Shown: positions 17,844 to 27,396 of the stretch, in pieces
Layout of the letters: each line of letters starts with the position of its first letter
Position numbering within the stretch: position 1 is the first letter of the stretch
DNA from: Candidatus Saccharimonadota bacterium
GTDB lineage: Bacteria > Patescibacteriota > Saccharimonadia > Saccharimonadales > JACDFO01
Assembly (NCBI GenBank): GCA_013815785.1
Contig: JACDFO010000002.1
Span: 1-47,231 of the forward strand
Direction of reading: 5' to 3'
DNA: 47,231 nucleotides
Notes under the pieces: generated by a model
Database searches by the model: none
Told to the model about the DNA's origin: nothing
The model's input: only the letters and a program-made list of their open reading frames with translations
Made by a program: the position numbers and the translations under genes

Positions 17844-19124
17844 ATGAATGATAGGGAAGTTTGGGATCTTATTAAGGCTGAAGAGCAGCGTCAACGTGAT
17901 GGCTTAGAGCTGATTCCGTCTGAAAATTATGTGAGCCGTGATGTTCTGACCGCACTCGGCAGTGTATTCACAAATAAATATTCCGAGGGTTATCCGGGCA
18001 AACGTTATTACGGTGGACAGGATAATACCGATCCGCTCGAACAACTGGCCATTGACCGTGCTAAGCAACTGTTTGGAAGTGATCATGCGAACGTACAGCC
18101 TCATTCGGGTGCACCGGCAAATATTGCCGTGTATCAAGCTTGGCTAAATCCTGGTGATACGGTCATGGCTATGAGGTTGGATCACGGCGGACACCTGACA
18201 CATGGACACCCAGTAACATCAAGCGCTAAATTGTATAACTTCGTTCGTTACGGTATCAAGGATATTGAAACAGGCGAAATTGATTATGACGAAATGTATA
18301 AGGTAGCCAAAAAGGAAAAACCCAAAATTATCCTTGCCGGTTTTTCTGGTTTCCCGCGTGGATTAGACTATGCTAAATTTGCAGAAATTGGAAACGAAGT
18401 AGGGGCGGTATTGATGGCAGACATGGCTCATATCGCAGGACTTATTGCTGGCAAGGCACTTCCAAATCCTTTTGATTTTGGTTTTCATATCATGACAAGC
18501 ACGACACATAAGACGTTGCGAGGCCCACGTGGCGGCCTAATTATGAGCAACGGCACAGTAAGCAATCCGCTAAAAATGCCTGAAAAAACCGTTGAAAATT
18601 TACCAACTTTAATTGACCGCGAGATTTTCCCAGGTTTTCAGGGCGGACCACACATGCATGTCATTGCCGCAAAAGCAGTGGCGTTTCGGGAAGCGTTGGC
18701 ACCGGAATTTCAAGATTACTCCACGCAGATTCTAAAAAACGCAAAGCAGTTAGCGGACGAGTTAATGAAGCGTAACTTTAAGTTAGTAACGAATGGTACA
18801 GACAATCATTTAATTCAAATTGATATGATGACAAGCTTTGGTATTGATGGTCGGATTGCTCAAGATTTATATGACTCTATCGGATTAACAGCTAACTGCA
18901 ACGCTATACCAGATGACCCCTTGCCACCGTTTAGACCAAGTGGCTTGCGTATCGGTACGCCAGCACTCACAACTAGGGGGTTGAAAGAAAAAGATATGGC
19001 TATCATTGCTGAGTGGTTGGCTAAAGGCGCCAAAGCGATAAATGATAAAAAATCTCTTGTACAGCTGAAAGCCGAAGTCAAAGAGTTTGCACTCAAGTTT
19101 CCTCTACCTAACGAGATTAATTGA
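17844..19124 (+). CDS. glyA: Serine hydroxymethyltransferase
   Basis: 426 aa. ELIPSENY, YSEGYPGKRYYGG and the PLP-lysine context TSTTHKTLRGPRGG. Confidence 0.97.
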   Translation: MNDREVWDLIKAEEQRQRDGLELIPSENYVSRDVLTALGSVFTNKYSEGYPGKRYYGGQDNTDPLEQLAIDRAKQLFGSDHANVQPHSGAPANIAVYQAWLNPGDTVMAMRLDHGGHLTHGHPVTSSAKLYNFVRYGIKDIETGEIDYDEMYKVAKKEKPKIILAGFSGFPRGLDYAKFAEIGNEVGAVLMADMAHIAGLIAGKALPNPFDFGFHIMTSTTHKTLRGPRGGLIMSNGTVSNPLKMPEKTVENLPTLIDREIFPGFQGGPHMHVIAAKAVAFREALAPEFQDYSTQILKNAKQLADELMKRNFKLVTNGTDNHLIQIDMMTSFGIDGRIAQDLYDSIGLTANCNAIPDDPLPPFRPSGLRIGTPALTTRGLKEKDMAIIAEWLAKGAKAINDKKSLVQLKAEVKEFALKFPLPNEIN

Positions 19125-19132
19125 TACTAAAA

Positions 19133-19762
19133 CTAACGGGCTTCTGCAGCAATGTCTTGGCTATCAGCATCGTTGTGTAAGCCACTTACGAGCAATTCTT
19201 TTTCAAGAGGTAATCTGCTTAGGATATGAGTAAATAAAACTTTAGCCGTCAACTGGCCCATAACATTAGTAGAATAACGGTACTCAGGAAGTAGTAAATT
19301 CCAATCACCAACCACATGAGAATGTATTCGCTTTTTATCCAAATCAGATAACTCAGTTAAAGAAACTACTGAATCTGGCAATACAGCTTCGTACGCATCG
19401 GCTCGTAAGTCTCGCTCACTGTTAATTAAACCAAGCGCTAAACTACCTAGCTTCTCGGGCACATTACTGCTCGGATGTGCAAGCCTATCGTCACCGCCAA
19501 GTTCTACCATCGTAGTATTACGGCCTAAAGATGCGGTTTCTTGTGCGTAATGTCTCCAAATATCACACTGTGTGTTTGGAGTGGGTAATGTTCCAACAAA
19601 GTACGGTATTTCAGGAAACGTGTCCGTGACACTATTCATAATTGTGGAAACGGCACGATCGCGTGATAATTCAAGCTGGTCAGCTTGATCGTGTGTTTGT
19701 GAACTCAAAATTTCTGAAAAAACCATAATGAACCCTTTGTTTTTAGTGCATGGGAACTGCAC
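19133..19762 (-). CDS. Hypothetical protein
   Basis: 209 aa ORF (alternative start MVFSEIL at 19726). I recognise no motif. Confidence 0.4.
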   Translation of the reverse strand: MQFPCTKNKGFIMVFSEILSSQTHDQADQLELSRDRAVSTIMNSVTDTFPEIPYFVGTLPTPNTQCDIWRHYAQETASLGRNTTMVELGGDDRLAHPSSNVPEKLGSLALGLINSERDLRADAYEAVLPDSVVSLTELSDLDKKRIHSHVVGDWNLLLPEYRYSTNVMGQLTAKVLFTHILSRLPLEKELLVSGLHNDADSQDIAAEAR

Positions 19763-19792
19763 GTTTTAAAATGTATTGTGTTCAGTATAGCG

Positions 19793-20851
19793 CTACAGGG
19801 ATGCTATAGGAAGAAGTTCGGGTTCTTGTTCGAGTGTCATATCAAAAATTTGCTTAACTTTGTCTACGATTATTTTTTTAAAAGCTAGCAAGTCGGCGGT
19901 AGAGTTTGCGTGTTCATTGACAAGTACCAGTGCTTGGTTCTGCCAGGTTGCCATTCCGGTAGTTTCGTCGTGAAAATCTTTAAATCCTATATATTCTAAT
20001 AATGCCCCAGCGGCAACTTTATAAGAGCCGTCTGGCAAGTCCCAAAAGCATCGTGAGGGCCAAGATGCCAAGCGCGGATGTTGCTCTACGAGCTCCTGAT
20101 ATTTGTCCGAACTAACAATCGGGTTTGCAAAGAACGATCCGACGTTGGCAACCAGTGTGGGATCGGGCAAACGAGAACGCCGTATCTCGATCACAGCACG
20201 TCTGATATCGGTTGGTGATGGGTGGGTGATCTGATGTGTTTTCAGATAATCTTCTAGCCAGTGATAATATACTGGTTCTTGTATTTGTTTGATTAAATGC
20301 AGCGTGAGACTGGTTATCAGGAATCTACCGCGGTCCGTCGTTTTGAATCGACTGGTGCGGTAACCAAATTCACATTCTATAGCTGGAATGTTAACCAGAC
20401 CGCCAGTTTGCATATCGTAGGCCTCTAATGACACAAAAGTTTCCGCTAGCTCGTGGCCATACGCGCCAATGTTTTGCACTGGAGCCCCACCGACTGTCCC
20501 GGGTATGAGCGACAAGTACTCCAGACCACTTTTACCAGTAGCTACCGCTCGCTCCACAACGCTATCCCAGTTCTCACCTGCGCCAGCTGTAATATATATA
20601 TTTTCTTCGTCCTCAGAAAATACCTCAAAACCCATAATTTTGTTAACCAGAATGAGCCCGGGAAATCCTTCGTCTTTCCAAACGATGTTACTACCTACGC
20701 CGATCATGATTATAGGAAGGTTGCGCTCTTTAGCCCACGCAACGGCTTCAGTAACCTCTATTTTCTGGTTTATCTCACTCAGATATGCAGCATTGCCGCC
20801 AAGGCGCATGGTAGAGTAGCCGCTTAAAGGCACATTTTCTAATATATTCAT
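19793..20851 (-). CDS. murB: UDP-N-acetylenolpyruvoylglucosamine reductase (MurB)
   Basis: LSGYSTMRLGGNAAYL, VGSNIVW, GGAPVQNIGAYG and SFFANP motifs. The start is set at MNILENVPL (20851). The longer ORF to 20974 would overlap the divergent XRE gene. Confidence 0.9.
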   Translation of the reverse strand: MNILENVPLSGYSTMRLGGNAAYLSEINQKIEVTEAVAWAKERNLPIIMIGVGSNIVWKDEGFPGLILVNKIMGFEVFSEDEENIYITAGAGENWDSVVERAVATGKSGLEYLSLIPGTVGGAPVQNIGAYGHELAETFVSLEAYDMQTGGLVNIPAIECEFGYRTSRFKTTDRGRFLITSLTLHLIKQIQEPVYYHWLEDYLKTHQITHPSPTDIRRAVIEIRRSRLPDPTLVANVGSFFANPIVSSDKYQELVEQHPRLASWPSRCFWDLPDGSYKVAAGALLEYIGFKDFHDETTGMATWQNQALVLVNEHANSTADLLAFKKIIVDKVKQIFDMTLEQEPELLPIASL

Positions 20852-20915
20852 ATTATTAGTAGTATACCCGCTTCTGCTTGCATGCATAACACCCCTCGCT
20901 GTAACATAGTTAAGA

Positions 20916-21461
20916 ATGAATAAGTCTAAGGTCCCATTTGAACCACTCGGCAAGCAGCTGAAGAAAATGCGCATCAGTCGTCAAGAAAGCTTGGCGGAGG
21001 TATCTGGCGCGGTTGAAATAGACATTGATGTTTTGCAAACCATAGAACAAGGTAAGACGCGACCCAATGAAGATATCTTGCTACTACTGATAAGTCATTT
21101 TGCTATCAAGGAAGATGAAGCTGAGACGCTGTGGGATCTTGCGGGGTACGACAAAGCGATTTTACCAGTAGTTTCATCGATAAATGATGACTTATCAGCA
21201 AAACCTGTCGTTATCGTAACGCCTCAAGATTTGAAAATCGTGTATACCGATATGGTCCATGTAGCTGTCAATAACTACGGCGTTATAATGAATTTTATGC
21301 AAGGCGCCGGGCAGAATAGTCAGCCACTTGCGATTGCCCGGGTCGGCATGAGCCGTGAACATGCGTTAAGTGTTCTCGAAGTACTACAACAAACTCTGAG
21401 TGCTAAGCCACTAAAAGAACTTCCCGCCCCAAAAAAAGACAACACATCAAACAACGGATAA
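20916..21461 (+). CDS. XRE-family HTH transcriptional regulator
   Basis: 181 aa. LGKQLKKMRISRQESLAEVSGAVEIDIDVLQTIEQGKTRPNEDIL is an HTH_3 pattern. It is divergent from murB. Confidence 0.75.
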   Translation: MNKSKVPFEPLGKQLKKMRISRQESLAEVSGAVEIDIDVLQTIEQGKTRPNEDILLLLISHFAIKEDEAETLWDLAGYDKAILPVVSSINDDLSAKPVVIVTPQDLKIVYTDMVHVAVNNYGVIMNFMQGAGQNSQPLAIARVGMSREHALSVLEVLQQTLSAKPLKELPAPKKDNTSNNG

Positions 21462-21486
21462 GGTTCATAGCTTTAGTCACCAACGT

Positions 21487-22245
21487 TTATTTGCCAAAGA
21501 AATCGAGTAAGTTCTTACCTAGTAATTCCTTACCGGTCTCGTTAGCATGACAGCCGCTACCGGTAAGTGCGGGAGTAAGAGTACCGACTTCAGGCCCACG
21601 TCTGGCCTTACTGGCCTGGACGACCCTATCTAAGACTCTTTGCATTTGCAATGGCGCATCTGCCTGAAGATCCTTACAAGTAGTTGTCGGATTGTAATCA
21701 TTCATTGCCGACACATACATCGCCGCTTCAGGTATTCGCCGCTTTACTTCATCTATAACGGCAAGGGCGTCGTCATAGTATTCATCATCTGTTTGTTCAC
21801 CTCTTCCCAAAAGCTGTACCCATACTACCTTTGTAGCGCCACGGCTCTTCGATGTTTGATATAAGCCATCGAATGATTGCCAATACTTATTAGTTTCACT
21901 TTGCGTATTTATACCGTCCGCCCACTTATCGATAGTGCCACCGCCATACCCACCAAAATCGGCTCTTTTAGCGTCCCATAACTTGCTGCCGTTCAATAGT
22001 TTATAGCCATCTGTGGCATTTGATGTTAGCGAACCACCCACGTAACCTATTATACCGCTGGGCACCTCTTCATCACTCTCATTGTTTTCATTACTGATTT
22101 GCTGTGTGCCGGTGCTGTTATCGTGACTTGAGGATCTTGACTGTGAAACGTACCATGCAACTCCTGCAATAATGACTACTATTAATATTCCCAAAAGAAA
22201 AATTAGAGGTATACTGCCAGATGCATTATTGCGCAGCTTATTCAT
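21487..22245 (-). CDS. Membrane-anchored hypothetical protein (possible SGNH-like hydrolase fold)
   Basis: 252 aa with an N-terminal TM. The C-terminal GSGCHANETGKELLGKNLL weakly recalls SGNH block V (DxxH). Confidence 0.4.
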   Translation of the reverse strand: MNKLRNNASGSIPLIFLLGILIVVIIAGVAWYVSQSRSSSHDNSTGTQQISNENNESDEEVPSGIIGYVGGSLTSNATDGYKLLNGSKLWDAKRADFGGYGGGTIDKWADGINTQSETNKYWQSFDGLYQTSKSRGATKVVWVQLLGRGEQTDDEYYDDALAVIDEVKRRIPEAAMYVSAMNDYNPTTTCKDLQADAPLQMQRVLDRVVQASKARRGPEVGTLTPALTGSGCHANETGKELLGKNLLDFFGK

Positions 22246-22406
22246 AGAAGCTTTTATTCTACCCTGACTATGGACAGGGCACTACTAATTGTGTCAAATT
22301 TGGTGTACATGCTTAGTAACTAATATATACGATTCCTAGAAATAAGCACGGAATCTATTTTCTTGGTGTAGCTTAGTTATGAAGTTATAGCCATGCTTAA
22401 TATGGT

Positions 22407-22784
22407 TCAGTTATAGAGCGTCTGATCAACGAGAGCTACCAAATCTTGTGGCGCTAAACTGGATTTCAAAACGAAGCTATGAGCACCGAGACCAAGCATT
22501 TCCGCCTCTATTTTGCTGTCTAGTAGGTTGCTATAGACGACTATTTTTGTATTCGGATAATCGTCTAAGTCGACCTTTCTCATGAATTCTTTACCATCCA
22601 TGACTGGCATGAATATGTCGAGCAATACCATGTCTGGCCGTAAGGCCTTTAACCGTTTCAATCCTTCGAGACCGTTATTGGCGGTATGGACTTCATAGCC
22701 CTTAGAAGAAAGGATAATCTGATAAACGTCTTGAAGTACTTTTTCATCTTCAACTATAAGTATGGAAAGTATGGACTTACTCAC
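22407..22784 (-). CDS. Single-domain response regulator (receiver only)
   Basis: 125 aa. ILIVEDE, phospho-acceptor context VLLDIFMPVMDG, and VVYSN..K. No output domain. Confidence 0.9.
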   Translation of the reverse strand: MSKSILSILIVEDEKVLQDVYQIILSSKGYEVHTANNGLEGLKRLKALRPDMVLLDIFMPVMDGKEFMRKVDLDDYPNTKIVVYSNLLDSKIEAEMLGLGAHSFVLKSSLAPQDLVALVDQTLYN

Positions 22785-25213
22785 AACGGCAACCTTACCG
22801 TAAATCGTGAACCTTTTCCAAGATGTGAAGTTAGCTCTACAGTACCATTGTGAAGTTCAACGAGTTGTTTTACCCAGTAAAGACCCAGGCCAGTGCCCGT
22901 TACGGTGTCAGAAAGTTCGTTATCTACACGTGTAAACTTTTCGAATATGCGCTGCTGATTATCTTTACTAACCCCTACTCCCTTATCAACTACCACAATT
23001 TTCACATATTTAGTCTTCTTTTCGATGATAATCTCTACGGTGGACCCCGGGGAGCTGTATTTGCTGGCATTCTCTAATAAGTTAACGATAACTAACTTAA
23101 TCTCGATTTCATCAATGAATACCTTGATGGGTTTCTGGGGTTTGCTGAACACTATATCTTGATTGCGAAACTCAAATACTGAATGTAGGTCTTTAATAGC
23201 ATCTGTCACTATTTCCACGATATTGTAAAGTTTTTGCTTGAGCGTATATTCCGTGGAGTCCATCTGTGCCGTTTTTAAGAGATCGTTAATGATGCGTAAC
23301 TCGCGCTCGTTGCTATCATAAGCTGTGCGCAGATATTGTGTCTGACCAGGGGTAAGGGGATCGGAAAATCCATCTATCAGCAGGCCGATGTACTGCTTGA
23401 CTGCAGTTGCGGGGGTACGTAGTTGATGCGATGCCATGCCTATAAATTCGTCTTTAGTTTTATTAAGCGATATCAGCTCTTTGCGCTGTATGGCTAATTG
23501 CTGAGTTATTTTTTCTAATTCTTCATTGCGAGCTTCAGTTTGTTTGATCTTAAACTGTTCTGAGATATCAGTATTAGATCCTATCCATTGCTTGATCGTG
23601 CCGTCATCATCTTTAAGTGGTACGACGCGTGTCAAAAAAGGCTTATAGGTGCCGTCTGTTCCCTTTAATGGAAAGACCATTTCGAAAGGCTGCCCACTTT
23701 TGATTGAGTACTTCCATTTTTTTAGCACGCCAGACAGATACTTAGGATCATGTACAGACTGCCAACCCCATCCTTCCATCTGTTTAGGCTTAGTTCCCGT
23801 GTATTCGTACCAACGGTTGTTATACCAGTATATAGAACCGGTCGCATCTGCCATCCAGGCAAGGTTAGGTATATTCTCAGCCAAGGCACGGAAGCGCTCC
23901 TCGCTGCTTCGCATTTTATCTTCCGCTTCTTTTTGTTTTGTAATATTTCTGAAGTTGCCTACAAGTGCGTGTATATTAGGGGTATTAAGGTGGTTGACGC
24001 CTACTGTCTCAAGCCATGCCCAGCTGCCATCCTTATGTTTTACCCGGTACTGCATGGTCAACTGCTTTTCGGGATGTTTGATAAGGTCGTTGAAGTTGGA
24101 AAAAAAGTATTCTATATCTTCTGGGTGTAAGTAGGGGGTTACTCCACTGCTCGCAAGCTCTTCGGGTGTATATCCCAGGACGTTCTTGATTGAGTTGCTC
24201 GAGAAGATGATGTCTCCCTCAGGAGACACTAGCTGAACAGCATCGGCACTCTTCTCTATTAGTGTACGGAAACGCTCTTCACGTTGCTGCAGTGCAAGCT
24301 GTGCCTGCTTTAAGTCATCAAAATCCGTATATGTACCGAAGTAACCGATAAAATGTCCATCTGGTGTGAAGCGGGGCGCTCCCGCTGCAAGCATCCAGCG
24401 GAACTCGCCGTCAGCCCGTTTAAAGCGGTACTCTTCTCTTATGGGTATTTGCTCTGAAAACGCATGCTTGAAGTCCTTTTCGAATTTCGGAGCATCCTCA
24501 GGGTGAAGGGTAGACAGCCACCCAAGACCTTTCATTTCTTTCATCTTCTTGCCCGTAAACTTTAGCCATGGTTTATTGAAGTAGACGGCATTTCCAGATT
24601 CGTCGGCCATTGCGATGAACATCGGTGCTGTATCCGCCAGGTTAAGGAAACGGTCCTCGCTTTCCTGCAGTAGCTGTCGCGAAAGAACTTCATCCGTGCT
24701 TTCAATAACTGCACCGAAGAGACCGACCACACTACCTTTACTATTTCGCAAAGGGCTGCAAGAAAATGTAAAATATGTTTCCTCGTCAAATCCGTGACGG
24801 TTTATTACCACACGAAGATTTTTCATATAGACAGACTCGCCAGCCTTAAACACTTTAGCAATAAGCGGTTCTGAAATGTCCCATATCTCATCCCAGGTTT
24901 CATTTGCAGGATATCCTAAGGCTGCAGGATGTTTATTGCCGAGAATTACCTTGTAGGCGTCATTGTAAAAATTCGTGAGTTCATGTTTACCCCAACAAAT
25001 GAACATTGGGGAAGACGAATTCAGTATTATACTGACCGCAGTCCGCAATTCATCCGACCATGTGTCAATTTTTCCCACGGCGGTTTTTGACCAGTCAAAT
25101 GAGCGCATCATCGCGCCCATCTCTCCGCCCCCAACCAGGAAATTATGTTCAGTAGCTCCTGAATGGTTCAGGGTCGAGTTTCTTGCAGGGTTGCTCGGAT
25201 TCTTAGCAGTCAT
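22781..25213 (-). CDS. Multi-PAS sensor histidine kinase
   Basis: Several PAS repeats (e.g. FRWMLAAGAPRF, WAWLETVGVN), H-box ASHQLRTPATAV and HATPase N/G boxes (NLLENASKYS, DKGVGV, GTGLGLY). The ORF could extend to a TTG at 25276. Confidence 0.9.
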   Translation of the reverse strand: MTAKNPSNPARNSTLNHSGATEHNFLVGGGEMGAMMRSFDWSKTAVGKIDTWSDELRTAVSIILNSSSPMFICWGKHELTNFYNDAYKVILGNKHPAALGYPANETWDEIWDISEPLIAKVFKAGESVYMKNLRVVINRHGFDEETYFTFSCSPLRNSKGSVVGLFGAVIESTDEVLSRQLLQESEDRFLNLADTAPMFIAMADESGNAVYFNKPWLKFTGKKMKEMKGLGWLSTLHPEDAPKFEKDFKHAFSEQIPIREEYRFKRADGEFRWMLAAGAPRFTPDGHFIGYFGTYTDFDDLKQAQLALQQREERFRTLIEKSADAVQLVSPEGDIIFSSNSIKNVLGYTPEELASSGVTPYLHPEDIEYFFSNFNDLIKHPEKQLTMQYRVKHKDGSWAWLETVGVNHLNTPNIHALVGNFRNITKQKEAEDKMRSSEERFRALAENIPNLAWMADATGSIYWYNNRWYEYTGTKPKQMEGWGWQSVHDPKYLSGVLKKWKYSIKSGQPFEMVFPLKGTDGTYKPFLTRVVPLKDDDGTIKQWIGSNTDISEQFKIKQTEARNEELEKITQQLAIQRKELISLNKTKDEFIGMASHQLRTPATAVKQYIGLLIDGFSDPLTPGQTQYLRTAYDSNERELRIINDLLKTAQMDSTEYTLKQKLYNIVEIVTDAIKDLHSVFEFRNQDIVFSKPQKPIKVFIDEIEIKLVIVNLLENASKYSSPGSTVEIIIEKKTKYVKIVVVDKGVGVSKDNQQRIFEKFTRVDNELSDTVTGTGLGLYWVKQLVELHNGTVELTSHLGKGSRFTVRLPL

Positions 25214-25407
25214 TATCCTATTGTACCCTGTCTGAAAAGTGTCAAGATACATTAAAGTTGTCAAAAGTGCTACCAACCAAATAGTACATAAATGTCTAAC
25301 GCAATTGGTACAGCTTAGTGCACGAAGTTAGAACCAACTTCATTAAAATAATTGATGATACTGCCGAATAGATTTTTGTTCGTCTTACTTGTGAAATGTA
25401 CCTCTAC

Positions 25408-26508
25408 TCAAGTTAAAGGCACTAACACTTTAAATTCCGTACCAACATTTAATTCACTCCGGTAATTAATGGTGCCCCCAATCTTATCAAGAAGGATTTT
25501 TACCATATAAAGACCCAAGCCTGTTCCTTCAGTGAATTCCTGCATAGCGTTTTCCGCTCTTGAAAACTGTTCAAACAGGTAAGGTTGATACTCTTTCGGT
25601 ATGCCGATTCCTGTATCGCTGATGGAAATCAAAGCTTTTTTATTCATCAGCTTAACAGTTACATTTATAGAACCTTTTATTGGGGTATATTGAACCGCAT
25701 TAACTATGAGATTAGAAAAAATTTCATGAAATATCGATGTATCGGTGTTTATAACAGGTAGATTTCCATCCAAACTTAATGAATATCCTAGTTTTTTCTC
25801 AACCAATCTTGGTTCAAGTTCTTTATGTATTTGTTTAAATATTTCACTTATCCTAATATCACTTTTTTGAATAAGCCTGGTGGCACTTTGCACTCGAGCT
25901 ATATTTAAAAGCCCTTCAACTAATGCAATCATTCGCTCGGATGAACTGACAAGGGTATCTGCTAATTGTTGCTGCTCTTTATTTAGTCCACCTGCATATT
26001 CATTGCTTAACATATGTGCGTAAGTCATGATCACTGTCATGGGAGTCCTAAGCTGGTGTGAAGCGAGATTAATAAAATTATTTTTCATAAGAGATAATTT
26101 ATATTCACTCGTAATATTCTGTATTAGATATACGATTTGCTCGCTGTTTGGAAGTATTTGTTTAGAAACCCTAAAGAATAAATGGTTGTTTTCTTTATTG
26201 GTCCACTCATAAACTGCCTCTTCGCCTTTTAGCGTTTCTGTCACATTATTCGCAATATTAATGTATTCGGGTAAAGGACTCTCTGTTTGTTTGATGGGAA
26301 ATGCTTCATTAAATGACTGCCCGAGTAAGAATATACGTTGAGTTGCCAATAAATTAGCAAAGTAATTATTGCTGAAAATAATATTACCTAACTTGTCAAC
26401 AACACATACGGCATCATTAATACTGCCTATCACAAGGTCCATCCATCCTAAGATTCTATGTACTTCTAATAATTCTTCAGAGAAGAATTTATCTTTACTT
26501 ACGCTCAT
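25408..26508 (-). CDS. PAS-domain sensor histidine kinase
   Basis: 366 aa. H-box ASHQLRTPMTVI plus NAVQYTP, DTGIGI and GTGLGLY. The start overlaps the upstream PAS gene by 14 nt. Confidence 0.9.
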   Translation of the reverse strand: MSVSKDKFFSEELLEVHRILGWMDLVIGSINDAVCVVDKLGNIIFSNNYFANLLATQRIFLLGQSFNEAFPIKQTESPLPEYINIANNVTETLKGEEAVYEWTNKENNHLFFRVSKQILPNSEQIVYLIQNITSEYKLSLMKNNFINLASHQLRTPMTVIMTYAHMLSNEYAGGLNKEQQQLADTLVSSSERMIALVEGLLNIARVQSATRLIQKSDIRISEIFKQIHKELEPRLVEKKLGYSLSLDGNLPVINTDTSIFHEIFSNLIVNAVQYTPIKGSINVTVKLMNKKALISISDTGIGIPKEYQPYLFEQFSRAENAMQEFTEGTGLGLYMVKILLDKIGGTINYRSELNVGTEFKVLVPLT

Positions 26509-26869
26509 CTAGTGGGTAATCAATTATTGCAGCAAATCTCCAGGATGAATCCTTTTTATCACCTAATATGTAATGATTTGAGCTTTTTACTGTGCCATCT
26601 TTATATAAAACACTGAGAGACAAGGGTTTTCCTAGCAATTCTGTTGTTTCGGTTGCTAAGTATCTTGCAAAGCCTACTGTATGGGCGTTTCTCATATGTG
26701 TTGGCATAATTTCCGTTACTGATTTTCCTATTAGGTCTTCCGCAGTCCATCCATATTCTTCAGTAAAAGCGTCGTTAATATATGTGAATATACTTTGTTG
26801 GTCGATTGCCACTACGGGTAAATCTTCTAATGCAATTAATTCATCATATGTAGCAGGGTATTGAGACAT
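26495..26869 (-). CDS. Stand-alone PAS-domain protein
   Basis: 124 aa. FTYINDAFTEEYGWTAEDLIGKSVTEIMP is a typical PAS core. It is translationally coupled to the downstream kinase. Confidence 0.8.
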   Translation of the reverse strand: MSQYPATYDELIALEDLPVVAIDQQSIFTYINDAFTEEYGWTAEDLIGKSVTEIMPTHMRNAHTVGFARYLATETTELLGKPLSLSVLYKDGTVKSSNHYILGDKKDSSWRFAAIIDYPLDERK

Positions 26870-26980
26870 GCAACCTCCATATTTGTCATCTTACTTTATC
26901 ATAATTTACTCCTAAAATTTACCCCAAAATATACCATGTATCTGGTCCAGTTTTTGATCAACTGATGTTAGATTGTTACA

Positions 26981-27116
26981 CCCGGACGGATTCGACTCAC
27001 TTTCAGCGAGCCCGTCGCAATATCTTTGCAAACCAGTTTGCAAGAGTTGACTTCCTTGCGAATTGCCACCGGCAATTCTCACACCGACCCTTGGCGTCGA
27101 CAGTTCGAATCCGTCC
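26981..27116. ncRNA. Multi-hairpin structured element closed by a 12-bp helix made of tRNA T-arm sequence (strand unknown)
   Basis: GGACGGATTCGA (26984-26995) is the exact reverse complement of TCGAATCCGTCC (27105-27116). Inside lie perfect or near-perfect hairpins at 27025-27044 and 27060-27078, plus shorter ones. CCCGGACGGATTCGA (26981-26995) duplicates tRNA-Arg 27163-27177. Confidence 0.35.
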
Positions 27117-27124
27117 AGACCACG

Positions 27125-27147
27125 AAAAAACCGAGCACTAGGCTCGG
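27125..27147 (-). terminator. Intrinsic terminator downstream of tRNA-Arg(TCG)
   Basis: CCGAGC-ACTAG-GCTCGG hairpin (27131-27147), followed on the minus strand by TTTTTT. Confidence 0.7.
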
Positions 27148-27155
27148 CTCTTTCG

Positions 27156-27232
27156 TGGTACGCCCGGACGGATTCGAACCGCCGACCCTCTGTTCCGAAG
27201 ACAGATGCTCTATCCAGCTGAGCTACGGGCGC
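27156..27232 (-). tRNA. tRNA-Arg (anticodon TCG), CCA encoded
   Basis: The reverse complement GCGCCCG TA GCTC AGCTGGATA GAGC A TCTGT CTTCGGA ACAGA GGGTC GGCGG TTCGAAT CCGTC CGGGCGT A CCA forms a cloverleaf. Confidence 0.9.
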
Positions 27233-27396
27233 GTATTTGCGGTATTAGTGTATCATCTTATCAGATGAGCCATGGTATCAAAATCCAGAGTCTTATTGCT
27301 CGTTTTCATCTGTTGAACCAATAGTATAGAACAAAATTTTCTCTCTATCAGTTTACTTACTTAATCACATTCGCCCGAAGTTGCTACAATGGTGTT

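Noticed and set aside
20852-20974. N-terminal extensions of ORF-track models (murB to 20974, murI from 33751, PspC to 13103, ATPase-like to 12306, receiver to 36817, lmo0937-like from 30969, maturase from the TTG at 36831)
   Set aside because: The extensions lack family similarity and overlap divergent genes or promoters. Internal ATGs, either with SD sequences or with start-stop coupling to the upstream gene, coincide with the start of homology.
26941-27125. Possible tmRNA (ssrA), because of GGATTCGAC-like and GTTCGAATC T-loop-like sequences
   Set aside because: I found no G-U-containing alanine-type acceptor stem, no proper T-arm stem adjacent to an acceptor/CCA end on either strand, and no tag-peptide reading frame. 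The available space (~180-250 nt) is also short. The tRNA-like strings are better explained as copies of the neighbouring tRNA-Arg T arm.
27026-27268. 80-aa ORF, and likewise 13342-13545 (minus) and 13531-13746
   Set aside because: They read straight through tRNA genes and structured spacers. The translations contain the typical tRNA-derived strings (FEPP..., SIQLSY). They are artefacts.
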